The translations under genes and the position numbers were made by a program. Positions 36,359 through 48,353 of a DNA stretch of 64,000 bases are shown piece by piece. The notes below the pieces were generated by a model. That model saw only the letters and a program-made list of their open reading frames with translations, was not told the DNA's origin and did not search any database. How positions within the stretch are numbered: position 1 is the first letter of the stretch; the number at the start of each line of letters is the position of its first letter. The stretch comes from Patescibacteria group bacterium (GTDB lineage Bacteria > Patescibacteriota > CPR2 > UBA1875 > CAIMLA01), in assembly GCA_041738615.1 (NCBI GenBank), contig JBGSPL010000001.1, forward strand, positions 226,164 to 290,163, in the 5' to 3' direction.

Positions 36359-38599
36359 CTAACTTTCCCAAACCTTCTTTTTCCGAAAGATACGCCTACG
36401 ATTCATTACTACATAGCCAGAACCCGCCATCACTAGTAGGTAAAACAGGGCAGTGATACCAGTCTTCGGTAGAGAAGACAAGGGCGTTGAAGCTGAAGCT
36501 AGGCTAGCCACATTCGCTAGGTAAATACTGTTGTAACCTTCTGCGGAGACATCACCATATGCTAGCATGCCCTTTGAGAGATACAAATTGCCGGGTTGTG
36601 GTACGGTGGTGTTTAGGACGATGGTACCCAGAAGCGCATTGCCAGACAGGCTGAATATGTTGATCATCGAGTTACTAGCTGCCAGAGCTGCTGTAGGGCT
36701 AAAGAAATCAGCTATTTGATTCATGAACCCCCCATTGTAGCCCATCTCCTCTGGTATTTTATACTCGTCCCAGATAAGTGTATCACCTTCCAGTACTATA
36801 TTCATCGGCATATACCCTTCTTTAAGAGCAAGAGCTACTTCCCTGATTGCCCCTGTAGAAATAGTGTATATGTATATCTTGGTATCATCGTACCAGTACA
36901 CACTATCCCCCGATATTTCTGGTCTATGCTGATTACCACCCATACGGCCATATCTCGCGACTCCGGCCTTCATGGTGATCAATCTGGACTGGTCTAGATC
37001 ATAAAGCAAGAAATCGCCTGTTCCAGCTGTCACGTTATCCTCTCTAAAGGCAACGTACCTACCATCTGTGGATGTTACAGAAATGAAGTTTTCTGTAGTG
37101 TAGGGAAAGGGCGTTACCTGACCATCCGATATGCGATAAACACTAACCTCTTCGGAATTATCTAGGTTTATCTTTTCATATATAACCCTGTTCGCTCCAA
37201 CGCTTAGGCCAATGAACTTATCGTCTTTTGCTACCACGGTTCTTTGTCCAGTCTCGAGATTATATAGGGTTATACAACGATCGTCGTAGTTGTCTTGATC
37301 TGGGTTCTCTACAAGTTCTGTGTAGAGGATATATTTACTTTTATCCGTAGCGTAACCCATTGGTTGAGCGTAGCCGACTGCGGCTCCACTGATCTTCGTT
37401 TGCTGCTCAGTCTTCTTGTTATAAGCGTATATCTCATAGTATTCACCATTCCGCTTATCCTCCCAGACTACAAAGTCTCCGACCGTTTTGGCGTTTACGC
37501 GGTCTAGTGAACCAGTATTGAAGCCATAGATATTGGTCTGGCCACCTACTACTCTAGTCCAGAAGGAGTAGCCTTGCGCGAAGGTCACATGGTCGTTTGT
37601 GGAATCATTAACAGATGAGGAAACCAGTGTAGACACAATAGTTGGTGTGTTATTGGGGCCCCAGGCAAGATTAGGTGTCACTACGCGCACTCCACCCCCC
37701 AGCGTACCATCTGCATTCAATGTCTGTAGATAAGTTAACGCATCCGGGATGCTACTATTGTACTGATAACTAGGCAGAAATTCCCGGTTTCCAGTGGTTG
37801 TAATCTGCCGAATCTCATCTAGATTGAAGTTATAGTAGTAAATATCACCATTTCCAGTAGCATTACTTTCGTAGTAACCCATATATCCCACGCTTACAAA
37901 GCTCTGGACTTGAGTGGCTTTTTCTACTGGGTCGCCAGTCGTCTTATCGATAGCATACAACTTTTCATCTCTGATGTACTCGATATCCTGCCCGTTCGAG
38001 TTGTAATTAGCCTCGTAGACAACCGTATTACCGGCATCAATTACACTAGTGTTGTAATGATCGGTGACGTATTCGATTTTTACTAGATCAAACGCCTCGC
38101 CATTCGGCTGCGACACAACAACATCACAAAACATGGGATAATCAGAGTTCGCAGGATTTAGCTGATCCTCAGCCAAAACACAGAGCGGGTTACTATTACC
38201 CGTAGTAAAACTATAAAGATATATGTCATAACCTGTCGTAGAGTCTGTATATCGAGAGTAAATCACTCCGTAGAAAGAATTCACAGAATCGGAAACAAAC
38301 TTCATCGATTGAACGTCGCTACCTAGCAGCTCAGCTGGCGCCTCGGAATCTTGTATGTCGCGAACGTACATATCAGACTTATTTGTACCGTCATTATGAG
38401 CTAGGTAAACAAGTGCATTATTGTGGTATATAGGAGTATGCCCAGACTCTACGTCCTCTGCATATAACACCTCACCCGGCTTACCGGCGTAATATGGCAC
38501 TTCTTCAGATTTTACGGAGGTTTGCGCACGAACCAATAGCATTGGGATAAGGAATGCACCTAGGGCTAGAGTACTAATTACCTTTTTGTTTATCTTCAT
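36359..38599 (-). CDS. LPxTG cell-surface protein with TolB-like/beta-propeller repeats
   Basis: Signal peptide. Repeats such as DIYLY, DIYYY, VVWEDKRNG..EIYAY. C-terminal LPKTG + TM + RRRIFRKKK. Confidence 0.8.
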   Translation of the reverse strand: MKINKKVISTLALGAFLIPMLLVRAQTSVKSEEVPYYAGKPGEVLYAEDVESGHTPIYHNNALVYLAHNDGTNKSDMYVRDIQDSEAPAELLGSDVQSMKFVSDSVNSFYGVIYSRYTDSTTGYDIYLYSFTTGNSNPLCVLAEDQLNPANSDYPMFCDVVVSQPNGEAFDLVKIEYVTDHYNTSVIDAGNTVVYEANYNSNGQDIEYIRDEKLYAIDKTTGDPVEKATQVQSFVSVGYMGYYESNATGNGDIYYYNFNLDEIRQITTTGNREFLPSYQYNSSIPDALTYLQTLNADGTLGGGVRVVTPNLAWGPNNTPTIVSTLVSSSVNDSTNDHVTFAQGYSFWTRVVGGQTNIYGFNTGSLDRVNAKTVGDFVVWEDKRNGEYYEIYAYNKKTEQQTKISGAAVGYAQPMGYATDKSKYILYTELVENPDQDNYDDRCITLYNLETGQRTVVAKDDKFIGLSVGANRVIYEKINLDNSEEVSVYRISDGQVTPFPYTTENFISVTSTDGRYVAFREDNVTAGTGDFLLYDLDQSRLITMKAGVARYGRMGGNQHRPEISGDSVYWYDDTKIYIYTISTGAIREVALALKEGYMPMNIVLEGDTLIWDEYKIPEEMGYNGGFMNQIADFFSPTAALAASNSMINIFSLSGNALLGTIVLNTTVPQPGNLYLSKGMLAYGDVSAEGYNSIYLANVASLASASTPLSSLPKTGITALFYLLVMAGSGYVVMNRRRIFRKKKVWES

Positions 38600-38711
38600 T
38601 TTCCCTCTCTATAAACATTAACTTACTATAATAGTAATCTATAGAGTTTCCATGTCAACAACTTTGTGTAAATTATTTGTTCAGGTAAGATTAATGTCAG
38701 CCCAGAAATAC

Positions 38712-38781
38712 AAAAAAGACCCGTTTTCACGAGTCTTCGAAAAAGTCAGGTATAGAAAAAGGACTCCTTGCGGAGTCCTTG
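38712..38781 (-). terminator. Tandem terminators after 5S rRNA
   Basis: AAGGACTCC-GCAA-GGAGTCCTTTTT and AAGACTCG...CGGGTCTTTTTT on the minus strand. Confidence 0.7.
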
Positions 38782-38788
38782 ATCATAA

Positions 38789-38903
<115 letters not shown>

Positions 38904-39030
38904 CAGTAGTGTGCATCACAAGGAGACACACTACTGTCTGGAAACTAAAAGTTTCCAGAATATAATGAATGAAAGGTACGAATTGCCAGTCAACACTTTA
39001 TACTCAGCACGAATGCCGAATATAAAGTTA

Positions 39031-42077
<3,047 letters not shown>

Positions 42078-42350
42078 CGTTCATTTTAGCATTTGAGTAA
42101 CTCTTTGGATTTGTTGTTCTTACGAACAACGGGTCTTTTGAGTTAATTTTTTTGTCTTAACATTGCAATAATGTTATTTAATGACCGTTGACTGGCAGTT
42201 CATAACTGCCATTCGTTTACCCTATTTTCTACAAATAGATTTACTTTGGGATTTCAATCTATCTGGTATTCACTTGTCAAAGTTCATATCCCTTTCGGGT
42301 ATGTGCCTCCGAGCAAGCTCGTTGGCACGTATCCGATTGTGATTTAGGCT

Positions 42351-42501
42351 TTAAAAAAACCGCCTTGTTTGGCGGGACGTCAGCACAATTATAACTAGAC
42401 GTTTACAGTTTCCCGCATTTCTTAGCTAAATATTGTGTTATCATCGTCCCCATCCCTATTAGTGACTTGAAAATTGTATCAAATATATCAATTGTATGCA
42501 A
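42351..42501 (-). promoter_or_regulatory. 23S promoter with leader uORF and terminator/antiterminator
   Basis: TTGCAT-17-TACAAT at 42501-42473. uORF (MGT)MITQYLAKKCGKL* at 42453/42444-42403. Terminator CCGCC-AAACAA-GGCGG-T7. Confidence 0.7.
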
Positions 42502-42507
42502 GTGTTT

Positions 42508-43158
42508 TTATGTGGAAATATTCATATCAGGATTTGTAACTGGATCATGTGAATTCTGAAGAAATTGAACAAACCTGTTACCTTTTTCGGTAAGGCTAAC
42601 ATTAAATCCATCATTAGCGATCAAATTAGAGCTTTGCAAGGCGTTAATGATGGCTATTCTTTCTGCGGCCTGGTTGTTAATCTCAGGAGGTAAATAAAAT
42701 GTAGCATAAAATTCTCGAAGAGAAGTATTACCTGAAAGGAACGATATTAAGGCACGCTTCGAATTCATCACCAGAAAACCATTTGCTAAATAGTAAAACT
42801 CATAACGTTCCACGTTGTTCGAACCACTAACGGCGACCGAACTTTCTGATACGCCTTCGGTTGTTCCAGCCTCAGTCTGGGTAATTGTACTTAAAGAATA
42901 CTGACGACCCGCCTTATCAACCCAAGTAAGTTTATTGGTATTTTTCAAAAAGTTTTCAATTGGCAAGGCAAATTTTGTTAGAATTATCAACATAATTGTA
43001 AAAAAGGATAGCGGCCAAGAGTTCATAACCACAATGAGTATCTCCTTGAACGATAACCATACCCGAGAATCTATACTTGTCAAAAAATCTAATATGTTCC
43101 TGCTAAACAGGAAGATAATAAACAAGAGAGTTATAGTAAATGCGGCTTTGTCTTTCAT
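42508..43158 (-). CDS. Hypothetical membrane protein (AT-rich), possible C-terminal winged helix
   Basis: Long ORF with two TM segments and C-terminal LTEKGNRF. Start uncertain. Confidence 0.6.
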   Translation of the reverse strand: MKDKAAFTITLLFIIFLFSRNILDFLTSIDSRVWLSFKEILIVVMNSWPLSFFTIMLIILTKFALPIENFLKNTNKLTWVDKAGRQYSLSTITQTEAGTTEGVSESSVAVSGSNNVERYEFYYLANGFLVMNSKRALISFLSGNTSLREFYATFYLPPEINNQAAERIAIINALQSSNLIANDGFNVSLTEKGNRFVQFLQNSHDPVTNPDMNIST

Positions 43159-43227
43159 GGGTACTTTATACTCTAAATGATTAAAAATGTCTACCATGTT
43201 CCAAAAATATTCCGGACAAGTTTTTCT

Positions 43228-43252
43228 GCCGTGAAACATTTTTGTTTCACAA
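43228..43252. repeat. 25-bp palindromic repeat, copy 1
   Basis: GCCGTGAAACATTTTTGTTTCACAA, identical to 47695-47719. Confidence 0.85.
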
Positions 43253-43352
43253 TTGTTTCACGCTACCAGGGTGTCAGCCACAATCTGTATTTTTTGCTAT
43301 CCATGCGGTATAATCACACTGTTTCTCACATATCTGCGACCTGGAGGTCATC

Positions 43353-43886
43353 ATGTACCAGAGACTTGTCCGTAGTTCGGACGTACCTATCACCGATGCG
43401 CAGAGGAAGTCGCTCGGCAACTGGGCCTTGGTCCGCTACTTCGGCTGGGGATTCGGACTCATGATCGTCCTGATACCCCTCAACTTCGTGGCCGTCCTCA
43501 TCAACCGGCTACTGGGACGAGCAATCCCTCCGAGCGGGGTTTGGTTCTACATCGGAATGATTCCATTCTGCCTGGTTTCGGCTCTCGTCGGCACCTACGC
43601 GCACTACCGCATCCGGCAGCTGCCGTGGTGGCGCGCACCCGAGCCAACTGAGACAGAGAAGGCGAGGGACACGTACCAAGACACGGCCGGTGACGTCTGG
43701 ATCGGGTTTGGTATCGCCTTCTTCGGTACAATCGCCGGTCTCTTCTCCGGCGTCTACTGGTTCTACCTCGCTATTCCTGCTGGAGCCGGCTGGAGCTGGC
43801 TTGTCTACAAGTCGGCCAAGGCGCAGTACCAGGAGTATCTGAGGTTGAAGCAGGAAGAACAACGGGTCCCCACTGCCGCTACGTAG
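43353..43886 (+). CDS. Hypothetical membrane protein (GC-rich)
   Basis: Four hydrophobic helices, SD GGAGG, own TATAAT and terminator. Confidence 0.75.
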   Translation: MYQRLVRSSDVPITDAQRKSLGNWALVRYFGWGFGLMIVLIPLNFVAVLINRLLGRAIPPSGVWFYIGMIPFCLVSALVGTYAHYRIRQLPWWRAPEPTETEKARDTYQDTAGDVWIGFGIAFFGTIAGLFSGVYWFYLAIPAGAGWSWLVYKSAKAQYQEYLRLKQEEQRVPTAAT

Positions 43887-44045
43887 CGGTCAACGCGCCC
43901 AAGGCGCACGCAAGAGTACTACCGTACGACGGCGCTGCACTTTGGGCGCCTTTCGTTTTTGCCCTTACATAATCATGAGACTCCATGACCTTGAAATATT
44001 TACTCCCCCACATACGTATTACAATTACAGGCGTATAATCTATTT

Positions 44046-44615
44046 ATGAGCAAAGAAAAAGAAACTGATGAACAACTAGCGGTAATGCTCCAAAAAGGCA
44101 ATAAAGATGCCTTTGGGCAACTTATCGACCGCTACGAACCCGCTCTCCTGCGCTATACTCACCGCCTACTTTCTGACCAAGATGCCGCTGAGGACGTCAC
44201 ACAAGAAACTTTCCTCAAGTCCTATAGAGACATCCAGGGTTTTGATCCAAATCGAAAGTTTAGCTCGTGGCTTTATCGTATAGCCCATAACCAAGCTATA
44301 GACGCTATCCGCAAAAGGAAAGGTACGGTAATACTAGAAGAGGCAGAGAGTATCGCCTCAGAAGAAGATATACACGACGATATCCAGAACAGACTAGACA
44401 AGAAGCATCTGAGAACCAAGCTAGATACCGCTATCGCCAAGATACCCACGAAGTACCGTGAAACGGTGATACTACGCTTCTATGAAGAGAAAGAATATGA
44501 CGAGATTGCCGAGATACTCCACCTTCCTATTGGTACCGTCGGAACATATATATCTAGAGCAAAAGCAGAACTGAGAAAACAATTAACTGAAATTAATATA
44601 GAGGATTACCTATGA
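44046..44615 (+). CDS. ECF RNA polymerase sigma factor (SigW-like)
   Basis: AEDVTQETF, FSSWLYRIAHN, YDEIAEILHLPIGTV...SRA. Confidence 0.93.
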   Translation: MSKEKETDEQLAVMLQKGNKDAFGQLIDRYEPALLRYTHRLLSDQDAAEDVTQETFLKSYRDIQGFDPNRKFSSWLYRIAHNQAIDAIRKRKGTVILEEAESIASEEDIHDDIQNRLDKKHLRTKLDTAIAKIPTKYRETVILRFYEEKEYDEIAEILHLPIGTVGTYISRAKAELRKQLTEINIEDYL

Positions 44616-45103
44616 GCGAGCTAAAGAACAAACTTTTGAAAAAAATCGAGAGCGAAGACCTGAAGATGAGGTCACGTGGCTTTTTTGTCTTTACTCGGGC
44701 CCTTATCGAGATTGCGCTAGTAGCGATATTGGTAGCTACCATATATCTAGTAAACCTAGCGATCTATTTGCCCAAACGAGGACTAGGACCCATTCGACCG
44801 CAAGCATTCCGGATAAATATGTTGCTCGATATAGTACCTTGGCACTATCTGATCTTCGGAGCTATCGGACTAGGGGTTTCTTTTTGGCTGCTATACAGGT
44901 TCACCGGAACCTACAAGAAACACTATCTAGTAATGGTGGCTGTAGTATCAATACTAGTACTATTATCTGGGGCTCTACTCGCCTTCAGCAATCTGAATGA
45001 ACGATTCGAAAACAGACCACATATGCGCGGCCTCTACATGATGGACGATCCTAGGCTTGGACCTGGCAGAGGTATGGGACCAGGATTCAACAGATTGAAA
45101 TAA
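44612..45103 (+). CDS. Membrane protein, probable anti-sigma factor
   Basis: Overlaps the sigma stop (ATGA), three TM helices. Confidence 0.6.
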   Translation: MSELKNKLLKKIESEDLKMRSRGFFVFTRALIEIALVAILVATIYLVNLAIYLPKRGLGPIRPQAFRINMLLDIVPWHYLIFGAIGLGVSFWLLYRFTGTYKKHYLVMVAVVSILVLLSGALLAFSNLNERFENRPHMRGLYMMDDPRLGPGRGMGPGFNRLK

Positions 45104-45169
45104 ATTCCATCGGCGCACCGTATTATATATAGAGGTGCACACTCTAAAGAAACTAATCAAGGAGAGACA

Positions 45170-45676
45170 ATGAATAAGAAACAAATAATCGCCGCAACAG
45201 CCCTAATAGCTGGAATCGGTCTAGCAGGAGCCTACGGCATCCAAACAGCAAAAGCTGCTACCGACACAAATAGCTTCCCACCGATGATTCAAAAAATGGT
45301 AGAGAAATTCAATCTAAACACAGACGAGGTTTCGAAATTTGTAAACGAAGATCGAGAAGCCAGACAAACAGAACGAGAAGCTGACTTTGAGAAGAAACTT
45401 GCTGATGCAGTGACTGCCGGCAAGATCACAGAAGCTCAAAAGACAGCTGTCCTCGCCAAGCACGACGAACTGCAAACGAAGAGAGAAGCTCTAAGAGACC
45501 AGAACAAGGAAGATAGAGAAGCTCATCGTACAGAGATGCAGGCCATACACACTGAGATGCAAGATTTCCTAAAAGCCCAAGGTATCGACGAATCAGTCTT
45601 GCCTACACCAAAAGGTCCACAAGGTGGTGGAATGGGAATGGGCGGCGGCATGCACCGCGGTTTCAACCGACAATAG
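45170..45676 (+). CDS. Secreted helical protein
   Basis: Signal peptide, LADAVTAGKITEAQK motif, Gly/Met-rich tail. Terminator at 45691-45716. Confidence 0.7.
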   Translation: MNKKQIIAATALIAGIGLAGAYGIQTAKAATDTNSFPPMIQKMVEKFNLNTDEVSKFVNEDREARQTEREADFEKKLADAVTAGKITEAQKTAVLAKHDELQTKREALRDQNKEDREAHRTEMQAIHTEMQDFLKAQGIDESVLPTPKGPQGGGMGMGGGMHRGFNRQ

Positions 45677-45858
45677 GAACTGAATATACTAAAGAGCTCT
45701 ACGGAGCTCTTTTTTTGTGGCGAGAAATTATATCAAATCTACCCGATAGGCAGAAGTTTTTTGTTAACGAGCATTATATACAAAATGTGAAAAGCCCCGC
45801 AGGGCGTTTCAGTAACGAAACGTCCTTTGGGGCGCATTAGTTGGATACGGAACAGCCT

Positions 45859-46523
45859 TTACTGTGGCTGTTCTTCTATGACTGGTAACCTGGCAGGAAG
45901 ATCCGGATTTGCCTTAAAGAACAAGGAAAGCCAGATCGCGAATGAGACAATGACGAGGATGATAAAGATCATCCCCCAAATCATGTACAGTTTGCTGTTA
46001 CGCTCTTCCCTTCTCTCTCTCGCTGCCTCCAACCTCGCGCTTTTGGCCCGGGCTGCCTTTTCGGCTGGAGTGGAGTAGTGCCAATGGGGTTGATGTGAGA
46101 TTCCTCCGCTGTAGCTACCAGCGGGAGCCGAGCCCCCACTGGTGCCACCAGAAGGAACGTAGTCTCCTCCGTAATTCCCGTAGGAACCAGACGGAGAGTA
46201 GGTAGATCCTCCACCAGCAGCCGGACTAGACGAACCGTCGGGCGGTCTATCCAGACGAGCAGCCACAGAACCAGCCACCGAAACACCGTACTCGGTACCG
46301 CTTCGGCTATCCCATGGCATTTGAGCCACATACTCCGAGTGGCCACCGGGTGAGGTTACCGAAGTGTTGCCAGCGAAGTTGGTACTGACGCTAGCAACCT
46401 CTTTGCCAACACCCCCAAGTAATCCTGGTTCGTGCACGGAGACGCTGCCATCTATCTTCTCAATGCCAACGCTCGTGACGTTGCCGAAGAAATCCTTCGT
46501 TACGGTCTTATCTCCCCATGCCA
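45859..46523 (-). CDS. Hypothetical Gly/Ser-rich protein with C-terminal TM
   Basis: ORF with SD GGAGG upstream of MAWGDK (probable start near 46521-46523). Confidence 0.6.
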
Positions 46524-46735
46524 TCGTGAGCACCTCCAACCTTCTTGTCCAAGGAACATATAATGATTGGCGTATTTATACCACGAAAAGGAGTAAATTG
46601 CAAGTCTACAAAAGGCCATTGATCTTACCACGGACAAGATTATTCTGTTCAAAAAGGAAAACTTGTGCTAGAATGCTCGCACGTAATGATGGTATGGCCA
46701 CAAGTGGCTGATTTGACAACTAGATTGGAGCTGGC

Positions 46736-47599
46736 ATGGACACTGAACTGCTAGACGTCACTGATTTCGAGCGCATCGGTGGTGGAAAGACCAAGGACAT
46801 CTTCCTCGACCCTTCGTTCCGAGGTTACGTTCTCATCCGAAGCCGCGACGACATCAGCGCCGGAGACGGCGCCCGCAAGGACACCATGACCGGCAAGGCC
46901 GAACTCGCCACGACGACGACCGTGAACAACTTCCGCTATCTCGACTCTTGCGGCATCTTCAACCACTACGTCGCTGGGGTCGTGGACCCGGTAACCTTCC
47001 GGGCTCTCGAGTGCACACCGATTCCGATCGAGTGCGTCGCGCGCCGGTATTCGGCAGGCGGCTCGTATCCCAAGCGCGTTCCCGGCATTCCCGTCGGCCA
47101 CCGCTACGACCACCCGGTCGTCGAGATGTTCTGGAAGCAGGACGTCGGCGAGTACACCGATCCGTTCATGGTCTTCGATGCCAAGAAGGGGTTCTTCGAG
47201 CTTCACCCGGCCCAGGAGCCGACTACGGCAATGAACGTCCTGTCGACAATCGCAGCGAACGAGATCCCTGGCTTCGAGAAGTTCGCTGACCCACTCCAAC
47301 TGATCGCGACCATGGAGATGATGACCGACAGAGCCTTCTGCGCCCTCGAGAGGGCCTACAGGATGGTCGCTCTCACGGTCGTCGACATGAAGATCGAGTT
47401 CGGACTCGACAACGCGGGCGACGTCACGATCATCGACGTCATCGACGCCGACTCGTGGCGCGCCTGGGTCGACGGCGACCCGGAGAAGGCAGTCGACAAG
47501 CAGTTCTTCCGGGATCACCCGGACGAGCCGGCCGACACCTCGCTCCCCGCCTATCGCTACGTCGCCGAGAAATCCGCACAGATTCTCGAGCTGCCCTAG
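46736..47599 (+). CDS. purC: SAICAR synthetase
   Basis: GKTKDI, DDISAGDG, IPIECVAR, VEMFWK, DMKIEFG, DVIDADSWR, DKQFFR. Confidence 0.88.
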   Translation: MDTELLDVTDFERIGGGKTKDIFLDPSFRGYVLIRSRDDISAGDGARKDTMTGKAELATTTTVNNFRYLDSCGIFNHYVAGVVDPVTFRALECTPIPIECVARRYSAGGSYPKRVPGIPVGHRYDHPVVEMFWKQDVGEYTDPFMVFDAKKGFFELHPAQEPTTAMNVLSTIAANEIPGFEKFADPLQLIATMEMMTDRAFCALERAYRMVALTVVDMKIEFGLDNAGDVTIIDVIDADSWRAWVDGDPEKAVDKQFFRDHPDEPADTSLPAYRYVAEKSAQILELP

Positions 47600-47623
47600 C
47601 GGCATCAAGCAGCCATCACTACG

Positions 47624-47656
47624 AAGGGGCGGTTTCCAATTGGAAACCGCCCCTTC
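47624..47656. terminator. Terminator hairpin after purC
   Basis: GAAGGGGCGGTTTCCAATTGGAAACCGCCCCTTC perfect palindrome. Confidence 0.75.
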
Positions 47657-47694
47657 TGCTTTTATAGAGATAATAGCCTCGAATACATATAATG

Positions 47695-47719
47695 GCCGTG
47701 AAACATTTTTGTTTCACAA
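47695..47719. repeat. 25-bp palindromic repeat, copy 2
   Basis: GCCGTGAAACATTTTTGTTTCACAA. Confidence 0.85.
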
Positions 47720-47783
47720 AAGCAAAGAGCCCACGAATTCAGATGAATCGTGGGCCCCCGCTTTGACTTGAATCTGGGTGCTG

Positions 47784-48185
47784 CTACGCGCTGAGCAGCA
47801 TCCTTGCGTCCGGGCTGTTCTGGGTGAGTATCTCGAGGACAGAGGTCGCGAGCATCGGGTCGTCGGTGACTACAGTGACGGTACCGTCGCGGCACAGAAA
47901 GAGATCGGCTACCTTGCCGTAGATCCTGAGATTCGCGTACTCGGTTGGGCCGACGTGAACCATACGCGCCTCGTACTCGGAGTCGATGACGTAGCCCTCG
48001 GCCTCCCAGTGATAGTCGATCCCGGCGACGTTGAATGCGTCCGCGATGGCATCCATGTAGCGTCGCCCGCGAAGGTTAACGTAAGCCCTAGCCCTGCCGC
48101 TAAGGAGTCCCATCAAACGACGGGGACCCCTCCCAACACTGAGCTCGAAGCCAGGTGGCAGACCATCCGTGATCGGGAAATGCAT
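47784..48185 (-). CDS. Hypothetical protein (GC-rich)
   Basis: SD GAGGAG before MHFPITDG. Codon bias favours the minus strand. Confidence 0.55.
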   Translation of the reverse strand: MHFPITDGLPPGFELSVGRGPRRLMGLLSGRARAYVNLRGRRYMDAIADAFNVAGIDYHWEAEGYVIDSEYEARMVHVGPTEYANLRIYGKVADLFLCRDGTVTVVTDDPMLATSVLEILTQNSPDARMLLSA

Positions 48186-48353
48186 GGTAGCTCTCCTCTC
48201 ATGTGGCGAACTGGATTCCAGAATGTCAAAGCGAACCTTGAGCAAGGTGGTGACCACCTTGCTTGGGAACGTAATATCATAATACTTTTCAGCGCAAATG
48301 TCAATCCACACCCAGGTGTGCTCTGGTGATTTGCCAACCGAAGTTGGGGAGAA

